Position numbers and translations under genes: made by a program. A stretch of DNA of 64,000 nt from positions 105,145 to 169,144 of the forward strand of contig JAFGAS010000025.1 in assembly GCA_016933535.1 (NCBI GenBank). Direction: 5' to 3'. Of this stretch, positions 49,904 through 58,727 are shown piece by piece. Origin of the DNA: Candidatus Zymogenaceae bacterium (GTDB taxonomy: Bacteria > Desulfobacterota > Zymogenia > Zymogenales > Zymogenaceae). The notes below the pieces were generated by a model, which searched no databases, was not told where the DNA came from, and saw nothing but the letters and a program-made list of their open reading frames with translations. The first letter of the stretch is position 1. Each line of letters opens with the position of its first letter.

Positions 49904-50261
49904 CATGTCATCGCGAGGGCCCGGAGGGCCCGTGGCGATCTCGGACGGATTATCGGCCATCGAACGGTGTATAAGGTGGTTCTCTTGTCCGTACTTCTCA
50001 ATAACGTCCGAGATTGCCACGGTCGCTGCCGCTCCCTCGCAATGACGGTATGTTTTAGTCGTTATTTGTCATGATATTGAGATAGCATGTCATCGCGAGG
50101 GCCCGAAGGGCCCGTGGCGATCTCGGACGGGCTTTTAGACGGCGACCCCCCTACGGAGTTGGTTTTCCATTTTAGTGATGTCCGGAATTGCCACGGTCCC
50201 GCCACGCCTCCTTCGGAGGCTCGCGGCTTCGGCAGGAACGCTCGTTCGCAATGATAGTATG
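49904..50261. repeat. Cluster 2 of the GC-hairpin repeat family: two tandem MITE-like units, each a forward 45-bp unit plus an inverted unit flanking a spacer of about 55 bp
   Basis: Forward units catgtcatcgcgagggcccg(g/a)agggcccgtggcgatctcggacgg at 49904-49948 and 50086-50130; inverted units at 50008-50052 and 50182-50261; same gtcatYgcgag...ggcRatctcg ends as cluster 1. Confidence 0.7.
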
Positions 50262-50306
50262 TCGATCGAGGCATAAACTATAGAAAGGATACTCAGCCGT
50301 ATAAGA

Positions 50307-50594
50307 ATGAATAGACAATATTACGTTTACATTATGACTAATAGAACGAATACCGTCCTGTACACCGATGTAACGAACAACCTCAAGAGAAGGGTCCATG
50401 AGCATAAGGAAAAGACGGTTGAGGGATTTACGAAGAAGTATAATGTTACGAAGCTCGTCTACTACGAGATTACAGAAAGCGTAGAAACGGCTATTTTTAG
50501 AGAAAAGCAGATCAAGGATGGTTCAAGAAGCAATAAGAAAAAGGCTATCTCGGATTTCAACCCAAACTGGGACGACCTCTACACAATGATCTGA
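50307..50594 (+). CDS. GIY-YIG nuclease-domain small protein (95 aa)
   Basis: YYVYIMTN...VLYTDVTNNLKRRVHEH matches the GIY-YIG motif and conserved Arg/Glu pattern; begins 45 bp after the last repeat unit. Confidence 0.65.
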   Translation: MNRQYYVYIMTNRTNTVLYTDVTNNLKRRVHEHKEKTVEGFTKKYNVTKLVYYEITESVETAIFREKQIKDGSRSNKKKAISDFNPNWDDLYTMI

Positions 50595-50607
50595 TGGAGT
50601 CTGATAC

Positions 50608-51462
50608 ATGAACAGAGCAACTATGTTTGAGGCACTTGAACAAATAAACGAACGCCCCGGGCCGTTTGAGTATTATACGGCACAAGACCTGTGGACCGAC
50701 GACTATACATCACAGCAGATGCTCTCCTACCATTTGAACGGCGACATCGATGTTTCGTCCCGCAACACCGCCTTCATCGACCGCTCCGTAGAATGGATCG
50801 TGTCCCACTTCAAAGTCGGCGCGGGGACGAAAATAGCGGACTTCGGCTGCGGGCCGGGATTGTATGCGACGAGACTGGCAAAGACGGGGGCCGAAATAAC
50901 GGGGATAGATTTTTCAAGCCGTTCGATTCAATACGCACTGGAGATCGCGATAAAGAACGGTTTAAATATCAACTACGTAAACCGGAATTACCTCGAGTTC
51001 GATTCAGACGACCGGTTCGACCTCATCCTCATGATTATGTGCGACTTCTGCGCCCTCAGCCCGACGCAGAGAAACGAGATGCTGGCGAAGTTCTTCACCT
51101 TGCTCAAGCCGAGGGGGGCGGTTCTGCTTGACGTATATTCATTGAAAGCCTTTGCGGATCGCCAAGAACAGGCATCATATGAAGCGAACCTCCTTGACGG
51201 CTTCTGGTCCCCTCAACAGTACTACGGCTTTCAGAATACGTTCAAGTATGAGGACGAAAAGGTAGTGCTCGATAAGTACACGATCATCGACCCCCATCGC
51301 ACGCGAACCGTATATAACTGGCTGCAGTATTTCGGGCCGGATACGCTCGGGAAAGAATTTACGGAGAACGGTTTTGTGATTGAGGATACTTTTTCCGATG
51401 TCGCCGGCAATTCCTTTGATCCGGACGGCTCCGAATTTGCCGTGGTTGCCGGGAAAGGGTAG
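50608..51462 (+). CDS. Class I SAM-dependent methyltransferase (small-molecule/protein type, not a DNA MTase)
   Basis: Motif I DFGCGPGLYATRLA; no DPPY/NPPY motif. Confidence 0.75.
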   Translation: MNRATMFEALEQINERPGPFEYYTAQDLWTDDYTSQQMLSYHLNGDIDVSSRNTAFIDRSVEWIVSHFKVGAGTKIADFGCGPGLYATRLAKTGAEITGIDFSSRSIQYALEIAIKNGLNINYVNRNYLEFDSDDRFDLILMIMCDFCALSPTQRNEMLAKFFTLLKPRGAVLLDVYSLKAFADRQEQASYEANLLDGFWSPQQYYGFQNTFKYEDEKVVLDKYTIIDPHRTRTVYNWLQYFGPDTLGKEFTENGFVIEDTFSDVAGNSFDPDGSEFAVVAGKG

Positions 51463-51499
51463 AAAGGAAAGGAATAGCCAAAAGTCTCAGGAGCGCACT

Positions 51500-51904
51500 A
51501 TGGATGAACTAAAACTCAAACAGGACGTGTGGAAGACAGTCCAGGCCCTCAACGGCCTCTGGACGGTGGAAGGAAGGGCCGATGATCTGGCGGACTACTT
51601 CCACCAAGATATGGTGGCCGTCACCCCCACCGACCGCCTGCGGCTTGAAGGCGGTGCGGCGTGTGTTACCGGGTGGAAGGCGTTTTCAGAGGCCGCAAAA
51701 ATCCACTATTGGAGGGAGATTGATCCGAAGATCGATCTGTTCGGGAACGGCGCGTTTGCCGTGGTGACCTACTACTTCGATATGTCGTTTGATATGGGCG
51801 GGCGGACCGTCACGATGGGCGGGCGCGATATGATGTCGCTGGTCAAAGAAGACGGCAGGTGGTGGGTCGTCGCCGATCAGTTTTCGCCGTATCCGGTATC
51901 GTAG
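51500..51904 (+). CDS. NTF2-like/SnoaL-like (DUF4440-type) domain protein
   Basis: CAGGAG RBS 6 nt upstream; 134 aa; second paralog of this fold in the window. Confidence 0.45.
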   Translation: MDELKLKQDVWKTVQALNGLWTVEGRADDLADYFHQDMVAVTPTDRLRLEGGAACVTGWKAFSEAAKIHYWREIDPKIDLFGNGAFAVVTYYFDMSFDMGGRTVTMGGRDMMSLVKEDGRWWVVADQFSPYPVS

Positions 51905-51991
51905 ATAATGGGCCGTCCATAATACACAGACGAGGCCGGCAGGGGTAAGGCGGGTCTGGAGTCCCTTTTTACGTCGAGGTCAATGAGATAA

Positions 51992-52411
51992 ATGATGAGA
52001 AATCTGACTGCTGTTTTCAGGGCCTTTATCGTGTGGCTGGTTCTGATGTGGGTAGAGGTCGTTCACGGGACACTGCGGACGATTATCCTGGCGCCCCGGG
52101 TCGGCGACTTTTGTGCCCGTCAGATCGCCGTTTTCACCGGCTCGCTCCTTATCCTGGTCATCTCTTTTTTTATGATCGGGTGGGTCGCTGTGGTGCGGAC
52201 GCGATCGCTCATCATGGTGGGTCTCCTTTGGCTGGTGCTTACCGTTACGTTTGAGCTGGGCCTCGGACTTCTTGTCTTCGGCTATTCCTGGGAGCGGATG
52301 GCATCGGACTATAACATCGTCCGCGGCGGCCTCATGCCGATCGGCCTTGCGGTATTGTTTTTTTCTCCCCTCATCGCGTCCCGGCTGCGCGCACGGCTAT
52401 TCGTCCGATAA
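51992..52411 (+). CDS. Hypothetical membrane protein (4 predicted TM helices)
   Basis: Hydrophobic segments throughout; no domain recognised. Confidence 0.4.
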   Translation: MMRNLTAVFRAFIVWLVLMWVEVVHGTLRTIILAPRVGDFCARQIAVFTGSLLILVISFFMIGWVAVVRTRSLIMVGLLWLVLTVTFELGLGLLVFGYSWERMASDYNIVRGGLMPIGLAVLFFSPLIASRLRARLFVR

Positions 52412-52546
52412 GGTTTCCCATGGATCCGCCGTGATTTTTAGTGATGTATATCACTGAATAAATAATACCCGTGATATAAGTATTACTAATTTGATGCCCT
52501 TGTTCTTTCATATCCTTACCTTCATAGATCATTGAGGAGTTTGACC

Positions 52547-53038
52547 ATGAAAAGGAAGATGATCTGTTTGTGCGTGTTTCTTACCCTTCTTATGATCGGT
52601 TCCGTTTCGTTTGCCCAGGACATCCCCCTGGTCCCCCTGACGCCGCCCATCGACCCCGCGCTCATTAACATCGTCGGGACCTGGAACTACACCGCGTCGG
52701 CCTCCACCGTGACCGGTATGTGCCCCGCGGGGCCTCCGGGTTCGGGAACTATCACCATCTCCGGGGGTGCCGGCGCCTATACGCTGGTGTTTGTCTCGGG
52801 CAGGGTATGCAGCCCCGCGTCGATGTGCACGTTTACCGGGACGCTTACGGGAAACAACCTCCTGGTTTCCAACGCGGATACCGTCGATAACGAAGGCGGG
52901 TCGGCCGGCAACGCCCTGAACCTGACGGTCCACAACAACGGCCTGATAACCGGCAACGGGAGCTCCAGTTATATCCACCCCGACGGCTTCGAATGCCATT
53001 GGAGCTACACGATCAACATGACGAGGGGCACGAAGTAG
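52547..53038 (+). CDS. Hypothetical secreted protein (signal peptide, Gly/Thr/Asn-rich beta-type repeats)
   Basis: GAGGAG RBS 7 nt upstream; signal peptide MKRKMICLCVFLTLLMIGSVSFAQ; chosen over the overlapping minus-strand ORF. Confidence 0.45.
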   Translation: MKRKMICLCVFLTLLMIGSVSFAQDIPLVPLTPPIDPALINIVGTWNYTASASTVTGMCPAGPPGSGTITISGGAGAYTLVFVSGRVCSPASMCTFTGTLTGNNLLVSNADTVDNEGGSAGNALNLTVHNNGLITGNGSSSYIHPDGFECHWSYTINMTRGTK

Positions 53039-53074
53039 CGGGCTGATATCCGCCCCGGGTCCTGTGGAGCCGGC

Positions 53075-53518
53075 CTAAATTACGGGGTCACAGGAAGGCC
53101 GTATTCCAGCCGACGAACTGCGAGGGATCGACCTTGACCTCCTTTCCCGGCATGGCCGATCGATGGGGGGGCGGATGCCCACCCAGACCGTACCGGGCTT
53201 GAAATATTCCTTCGGGGCCGCGTCCCGGCAGTAGGGGACGCCGAGAAATGCCGCCGTCTCCGAATGACCGCAGAAACTGACGATTTCCGTCGCGCAGTCG
53301 ATGATGATCTTTACCTTGTCTATCGTTATTCCCAGCACAACTGCGATGATCCGCGCTCGCCGGCAAAGCGGAGAAAATAGCGTTAACCCGACGATCGCCT
53401 GACGCATCATCCGTCGCCGAAAAATTACCCCCGATATTGACGATTTTCCCCGCTTTTCACCGGGAACGTGAACAAACGAGGTTGCGGTAATTCCTACAAT
53501 ATGGTATGATTCACCCAT
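53075..53518 (-). pseudogene. Possible remnant of a metallophosphoesterase (YfcE-like): only the C-terminal part resembles the family
   Basis: C-terminal ...IVSFCGHSETAAFLGVPYC...FKPGTVWVGI resembles the YfcE-type ...VLVYGHTHLPV...FNPGSVSIP; the N-terminal two thirds lack metal-binding motifs and overlap the promoter of the next gene. Confidence 0.2.
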
Positions 53519-53536
53519 GCCGATATCAATCGACGA

Positions 53537-55114
53537 GTGAGTATGCCGTTGGACACGAAAAAAACCACATCTACGGTACCTAAGCAGGGTTTAGGCCGGG
53601 AAATAGCCGAGATCAACCTCCTGTTTGATATAAGCAATACCCTGGATATGAGCATCGACCTCAAGGACGTGCTGGGTCCGGTTCTGGCCAAAATGGCTCA
53701 TCACATGTCTATGCTTCGGGGGACCATTACGATCCTGGACCGCAAGACCGGGGAGATATTCGTCGAGGAGGCCTACGGCCTGTCGGAATCGCAGAAGGAT
53801 CGGGGCCGATACAAGATCGGTGAGGGGGTAACCGGGATGGTCGTGAGGACCGGTAAGCCGGCCGTCGTACCCCGGATCTCCCGGGAGCCGCTGTTTCTGG
53901 ACCGAACCGGAGCGCGCAACGGGCCCCAGAAGGAGGATGTCTCGTTTATCTGCGTGCCCATCATACTCGAAAACGATGTCATTGGGACGCTGTCGGCCGA
54001 CCGCCTGTTTGACGAGGCCGTTTCATATAATGAAGATATCCGGCTCTTGTCCATTATCGCCTCCATGATCTCCCAGGCGGTAAACCTCAGGCAGTCGGCT
54101 CAGGAGATCATCGAGGAAAATATCCGCCTGAAGGAAGAGCTAAAGGACCGGTACCGTCCAAATAACATCATCGGGAACTCAAAGGCGATGCGGGAGGTCT
54201 ATCAGCATATCGCCCAGGTCGCCGCCACCAGCACCACCGTATTGATCCGGGGCCAATCGGGTACCGGAAAGGAGCTGGTGGCGCACGCCATCCATGCCGA
54301 GAGTGATCGTGCGGATAAGCCCTTTATAAAGGTAAACTGCGCCGCTCTGCCGGAGGGCGTTATCGAAAGCGAGCTCTTCGGGCATGAAAAGGGCGCGTTT
54401 ACCGGCGCCAATCAGACAAAAAAAGGGCGTTTCGAGCTTGCCCACGGGGGCACGATATTTCTGGACGAGGTGGGCGATCTCACGCCCGCGGTCCAGATCA
54501 AGCTGCTCAGGGTAATCCAGGAGCGGGAGTTCGAGCGTGTTGGGGGAATGAAGACCATCTCGACGGACGTGCGGATCATTGCGGCCACCCACCGGGACCT
54601 CGAAGAGCTTATCGCCCGGGACCGGTTCCGGGAGGACCTCTACTTTAGGCTCAATGTCTTTCCCATTCACCTTCCCCCGTTGAGGGAGCGGCCCGCCGAC
54701 ATCCTGCTGTTGGCCGACCATTTCGTCGAGAAATACAGCACCAGGCACCATAAACGGATACGGCGCATTTCCACTCCCGCCATCGATATGATGATGGCCT
54801 ACCACTGGCCGGGCAACGTCAGGGAGCTCGAGAACACCATCGAGCGGGCGGTGTTGTTGAGCAGCGACGGTGTCATCCACGGGCGCAGCCTGCCCCCCAC
54901 GCTACAGACGGCCGAGGCGTCGGGAACGCAGCCGCACGGCGGCCTCACCAACGCCGTGGACGCCTTTGAGCGGGACATGATAATGGATGCGCTGAAATCG
55001 GCCCGGGGCAATCGGGCGGAGGCGGCAAGGATACTGGGTATCTCCGAGCGCCTCATGGGCCTGCGCGTGGTCAAGCATGAGATCGATCCAAGTCGATTTC
55101 GTACCAAACGGTAG
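53537..55114 (+). CDS. Sigma-54-dependent transcriptional activator with N-terminal GAF domain (NifA-like architecture: GAF - AAA+ - HTH)
   Basis: Walker A GQSGTGKE and GAFTGA sigma-54 contact motif; C-terminal Fis-type HTH; GAF-like N-terminus. Confidence 0.85.
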   Translation: MSMPLDTKKTTSTVPKQGLGREIAEINLLFDISNTLDMSIDLKDVLGPVLAKMAHHMSMLRGTITILDRKTGEIFVEEAYGLSESQKDRGRYKIGEGVTGMVVRTGKPAVVPRISREPLFLDRTGARNGPQKEDVSFICVPIILENDVIGTLSADRLFDEAVSYNEDIRLLSIIASMISQAVNLRQSAQEIIEENIRLKEELKDRYRPNNIIGNSKAMREVYQHIAQVAATSTTVLIRGQSGTGKELVAHAIHAESDRADKPFIKVNCAALPEGVIESELFGHEKGAFTGANQTKKGRFELAHGGTIFLDEVGDLTPAVQIKLLRVIQEREFERVGGMKTISTDVRIIAATHRDLEELIARDRFREDLYFRLNVFPIHLPPLRERPADILLLADHFVEKYSTRHHKRIRRISTPAIDMMMAYHWPGNVRELENTIERAVLLSSDGVIHGRSLPPTLQTAEASGTQPHGGLTNAVDAFERDMIMDALKSARGNRAEAARILGISERLMGLRVVKHEIDPSRFRTKR

Positions 55115-55143
55115 GTCGCGGTAAATAAACCTACCGTTTGGTA
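55102..55143 (+). terminator. Perfect 14-bp stem-loop (taccaaacggtagg / cctaccgtttggta, 14-nt loop) enclosing the stop codon of the sigma-54 activator gene
   Basis: Read directly; followed by a U-containing gcctattat; separates the activator gene from the amt promoter. Confidence 0.45.
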
Positions 55144-55241
55144 GCCTATTATCTGCACTCCCTCAGCCCATATCCTCTATCGCATCTAAATAATTCCGTG
55201 ATTACAATAAGTTAGCCTCTATTTTTCCGTCCGGAATATTC

Positions 55242-55257
55242 TGGCAGCGTTCTTGCA
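55242..55257 (+). promoter_or_regulatory. Sigma-54 (-24/-12) promoter TGGCAG-N5-TTGCA upstream of amt-glnK
   Basis: GG and GC dinucleotides separated by exactly 10 nt, close to the TGGCAC-N5-TTGCW consensus; about 135 nt upstream of the amt start. Confidence 0.55.
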
Positions 55258-55390
55258 AATATATCTAACCCATAAGAAGCATGTGTCACGGGCCCGAAGA
55301 GGAGACAACGTCTTTTCCAAAAGGCCAATCGGAGGTCCTCCGGCGCCCAAGACGCCCCATTGGATGGAAACAAAAAAGGAGGTTTATGGT

Positions 55391-56623
55391 ATGAATTCCG
55401 GGGATACAGCATGGATTCTGATTTGTACGGCCCTCGTCTTTATCATGACACCGGGGCTGGCTTTCTTCTACGGCGGGATGGCCAGACGCAAGAACGTCCT
55501 GTCGCTCCTTATGCAGTGCTTTATCATCATGTGCGTCATCGGACTGCAATGGGTCCTCTTCGGCTATTCTCTGGCCTTCGGACCCGATGCCGGACACGGC
55601 ATCATCGGGAGCCTCAAGTGGATGGGGCTTGCCGGCGTGGGTGGGGCTCCTAATCCTGACTATGCCGGGACCATCCCGCATTATGTGTTCATGATGTTCC
55701 AGATGATGTTTGCCGTTATCACGCCCGCCCTTATCGTGGGGGCGTTTGCGGAGCGAATCAAGTTCTCGTCCTTTTTGGTCTTCATAGTCCTCTGGGCGAC
55801 CTTTGTCTATGATCCGTTGGCCCACTGGGTCTGGGGTGTCGGCGGATGGCTCAGGGAACTCGGTGCGCTGGACTTCGCCGGGGGCATCGTCGTTCACTTC
55901 AGCTCCGGCACGTCGGCGCTCGTGATGGCGCTGCTTCTGGGCAAACGGGTTGGATACGACAAGCATACGTTTAGACCCCACAATGTCCCGTTCACGGTTC
56001 TGGGGGCGGCGCTCCTCTGGTTTGGGTGGTTCGGCTTTAACGCGGGAAGCGCACTGGCCGCCGATGGTCTGTCGGCAAATGCATTTGTGACCACTTACGT
56101 GGCCGCTGCCGCCGCCGGCCTCACCTGGGCCCTGATCGAATGGCAGCAGCACGGCGGTGCGACGGTCCTTGGGACGGCCACCGGCGTTGTGGCGGGACTT
56201 GTGGCAATCACCCCAGCATGCGGGTTTGTCAATCCGATGAACGCGATATTCATCGGAATCATCGTCTCCATCTTCTGCTATATCGCGGTGGCAAAGATTA
56301 AGCCACTGCTCGGCTATGACGACTCACTGGATGTCTTCGGCGTTCATGGCGTTGGCGGCCTTTGGGGAACGCTGGCTACGGGGTTGTTTGCCGAAACGGA
56401 GGTTAATGCTGCGGGAGCCGACGGGCTGTTGTTCGGCAACGTACACCAGTTCCTGGTTCAGTGCCTGTTGTTTGTTGTCGCCGGTGTCTTTGCCGTCGTG
56501 GCAACCTGGATTCTCTATAAGATTGTCGATGCAACGATGGGGATGAGGGTGGACGTCAAGTCCGAGACCATCGGCCTTGATCTGACCCAACACAACGAAT
56601 CCGCATACACCATGCTCGAATAG
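55391..56623 (+). CDS. amt: Ammonium transporter Amt
   Basis: 410-aa Amt/Rh-family membrane protein; GGAGG RBS upstream; followed directly by glnK. Confidence 0.9.
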   Translation: MNSGDTAWILICTALVFIMTPGLAFFYGGMARRKNVLSLLMQCFIIMCVIGLQWVLFGYSLAFGPDAGHGIIGSLKWMGLAGVGGAPNPDYAGTIPHYVFMMFQMMFAVITPALIVGAFAERIKFSSFLVFIVLWATFVYDPLAHWVWGVGGWLRELGALDFAGGIVVHFSSGTSALVMALLLGKRVGYDKHTFRPHNVPFTVLGAALLWFGWFGFNAGSALAADGLSANAFVTTYVAAAAAGLTWALIEWQQHGGATVLGTATGVVAGLVAITPACGFVNPMNAIFIGIIVSIFCYIAVAKIKPLLGYDDSLDVFGVHGVGGLWGTLATGLFAETEVNAAGADGLLFGNVHQFLVQCLLFVVAGVFAVVATWILYKIVDATMGMRVDVKSETIGLDLTQHNESAYTMLE

Positions 56624-56635
56624 GAGGACAAGACG

Positions 56636-56977
56636 ATGAAATATATCATTGCCATCATTCAGCCCCACAAGCTCGACGACGTAAAGAATGCCCTCGAGGA
56701 GGTCGATGTAAACTTGATGACCGTCAGCACTGTGCTCGGCCAGGGAAGGCAGAAGGGCATCACAGAGGTCTACCGGGGCGCCAAGGAGGCGGGAGGTCTC
56801 CTCAAGAAGGTTAAGCTTGAGATCGCATGCAACGATGAATATATGGAGCCAACGATAGATGCCATCATCAAGGGGGCACGAACCGGAGAGGTCGGTGACG
56901 GGAAGATCTTCGTGATGGATCTCCAGAACGTTGTTCGGATCCGGACCGGTGAGCGGGGAGGGCGTGCCATCGGATAG
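56636..56977 (+). CDS. glnK: Nitrogen regulatory protein P-II (GlnK type, amt-linked)
   Basis: 112 aa; [20 protein letters not shown]; T-loop RGAKEAG. Confidence 0.9.
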   Translation: MKYIIAIIQPHKLDDVKNALEEVDVNLMTVSTVLGQGRQKGITEVYRGAKEAGGLLKKVKLEIACNDEYMEPTIDAIIKGARTGEVGDGKIFVMDLQNVVRIRTGERGGRAIG

Positions 56978-57271
56978 ACCGCCCACGGAAGGCATTTTTC
57001 CCGTGGGAACGGTAAGCCCCCCCAGGAAACAGACTTTTTTTGGGGGTCCCAAAATGAGAAGAGGGAAAGAGGATAGGAGAGACCAAGGAAAAGAGACCGA
57101 CGTTTTGGGGGTGGGAATGATGTCCTTTCTTCTCATAGGGTTGGGGCCAAAGATTTGGACGGCACATGTTAAATAGCCCGTATCGAGCCCACTGGGAAAA
57201 AGACCTCTGTGGGCGCGATGCGTTGATAAGAAACACAAGAAAACAGAAAAACTAAAAGGAGGAAAACAATA

Positions 57272-58534
57272 GTGGGAATTTCAATCCAGGTATGGACCGC
57301 CATTGGGATCATCCTGATTGCGATCATCATTATCTTCGTCAAGGCCAACCTGCACATCTGTGAGCCGAATGAGCTCTTGATATTCTCGGGCAGGCAGCGC
57401 AAGCTCAAGGACGGAACGAAGGTCGGCTACCGGGTCATCAAGGGCGGCAGGGGCCTCAAGATACCCATTGTCGAATCGGTGACGCGTATGCCCCTCAACA
57501 CGATCCCCATCGAGATCGATCTCAAGGGGGCGCTCACCAACGGTCTGATCCCTATAGACATCGAGGCGATGGCCAACGTCAAGATCGCCGGATCCGAGAA
57601 GGAGGGAGTGTACAACGCGCTGGAGCGTTTCGCGGGCAGAAATCTCGGTGAGATATCCCAGGTGGCCAGAACGACTATTGACGGCTCACTGCGGGGAGTC
57701 CTGGCAACCCTCTCGCCCGAGGAGGCCAACACCCGGCGTCTTGAATTCGCGGAGAAGGTTGCCGAACAGGCGGGGATCGATCTTGAACGCCTGGGACTGG
57801 TCCTGGATACCTTCAAGATCAAACAGATCGCCGATCCCCAGGGGTATCTTGAAAACATCGGGCGCAAGAAAAACGCCGAGGTGCGCAGGGACGCCCTTAT
57901 TGCCGAGGCAACGGCCGAGGCGGAGGCCAGGGTGGTGGCCGCGGAGGCCAAGAAGAAAGGGAGCGTGGCCGAATTCATGGCCGAGGTTGCGGTTGTCGAG
58001 GCCGAAAACAAGTACAAGATCAAGAAAGCTGAGATGACGGCGGACGTCAACCGGGCCGAATCCAGGGCCGCCGTGGCCAAGGGGATCACCCAGGTTCAGG
58101 AGGAAGAGAAGCTCGAATCGGCGCGCGTCAAGCTCAACAAGAACAAATATGAGGCCGACACGATCGTTCCTGCCGCCGCCGAAAAGCAGGCCCTGGAGCT
58201 CCTAGCCAAGGGCAAAGCCGCCAGGATCGTGGAAGAGGGAAAGGCGATGGCCGAAGCCGTAAAAGTGATGCGGGAGCAGTGGAAAAAGGACGAGACGAAG
58301 GAGCTCTTCCTCATTCAGCAGCTTCCCCTGATCCTTGATCGGGTAACCGGGGTCATGAAAGACAACCTCCAGATAGAAAAGATCACCATCCTCGATCAGG
58401 GCGACGGCAACGGATTTCCGGCCTATGTAAAGGGCATCACGGGGGGCGTAACGGCCTTCTTTGAAGGGATAAAGGGCGCCACGGGGCTGGACATCCCGGA
58501 TATCCTGGCCACAAAAAAGAAGGGCGGCGACTAA
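57272..58534 (+). CDS. SPFH/band-7 family flotillin-like protein (YqiK-like)
   Basis: N-terminal TM helix, SPFH domain, long Ala/Glu/Lys-rich coiled-coil region; GTG start after AGGAGG (my own line count places the GTG 1 nt earlier than the ORF track; coordinates follow the ORF track). Confidence 0.7.
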   Translation: MGISIQVWTAIGIILIAIIIIFVKANLHICEPNELLIFSGRQRKLKDGTKVGYRVIKGGRGLKIPIVESVTRMPLNTIPIEIDLKGALTNGLIPIDIEAMANVKIAGSEKEGVYNALERFAGRNLGEISQVARTTIDGSLRGVLATLSPEEANTRRLEFAEKVAEQAGIDLERLGLVLDTFKIKQIADPQGYLENIGRKKNAEVRRDALIAEATAEAEARVVAAEAKKKGSVAEFMAEVAVVEAENKYKIKKAEMTADVNRAESRAAVAKGITQVQEEEKLESARVKLNKNKYEADTIVPAAAEKQALELLAKGKAARIVEEGKAMAEAVKVMREQWKKDETKELFLIQQLPLILDRVTGVMKDNLQIEKITILDQGDGNGFPAYVKGITGGVTAFFEGIKGATGLDIPDILATKKKGGD

Positions 58535-58727
58535 AGCCGGTGGCCGGATATCATAGCATACTGCCGTGAACCCCTCGGCCGGAAAGCCGGCAGGCGTCGA
58601 CGGAACCGCGGCTTACGGGTGGATCTGTAAAAAGGTATTGAACGGCAAGAAAGAATATGGTATCTAATAAGATTGTTTTATACTTAGTCGACCATAGTGA
58701 TCGACCGAGAGAAAAAGGAGAATCAGA

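Noticed and set aside
52529-52999. Minus-strand 156-aa ORF overlapping the predicted secreted protein gene
   Set aside because: The plus-strand ORF has a textbook signal peptide and a GAGGAG RBS. The minus-strand translation is Gly/Arg-rich low complexity.
58535-58727. Searched for a sigma-54 promoter or NtrC sites upstream of glnA
   Set aside because: No GG-N10-GC element with acceptable flanks. Only a plausible sigma-70 pair (TTGAAC-N17-TATCTA) was seen, so no sigma-54 call was made for glnA.
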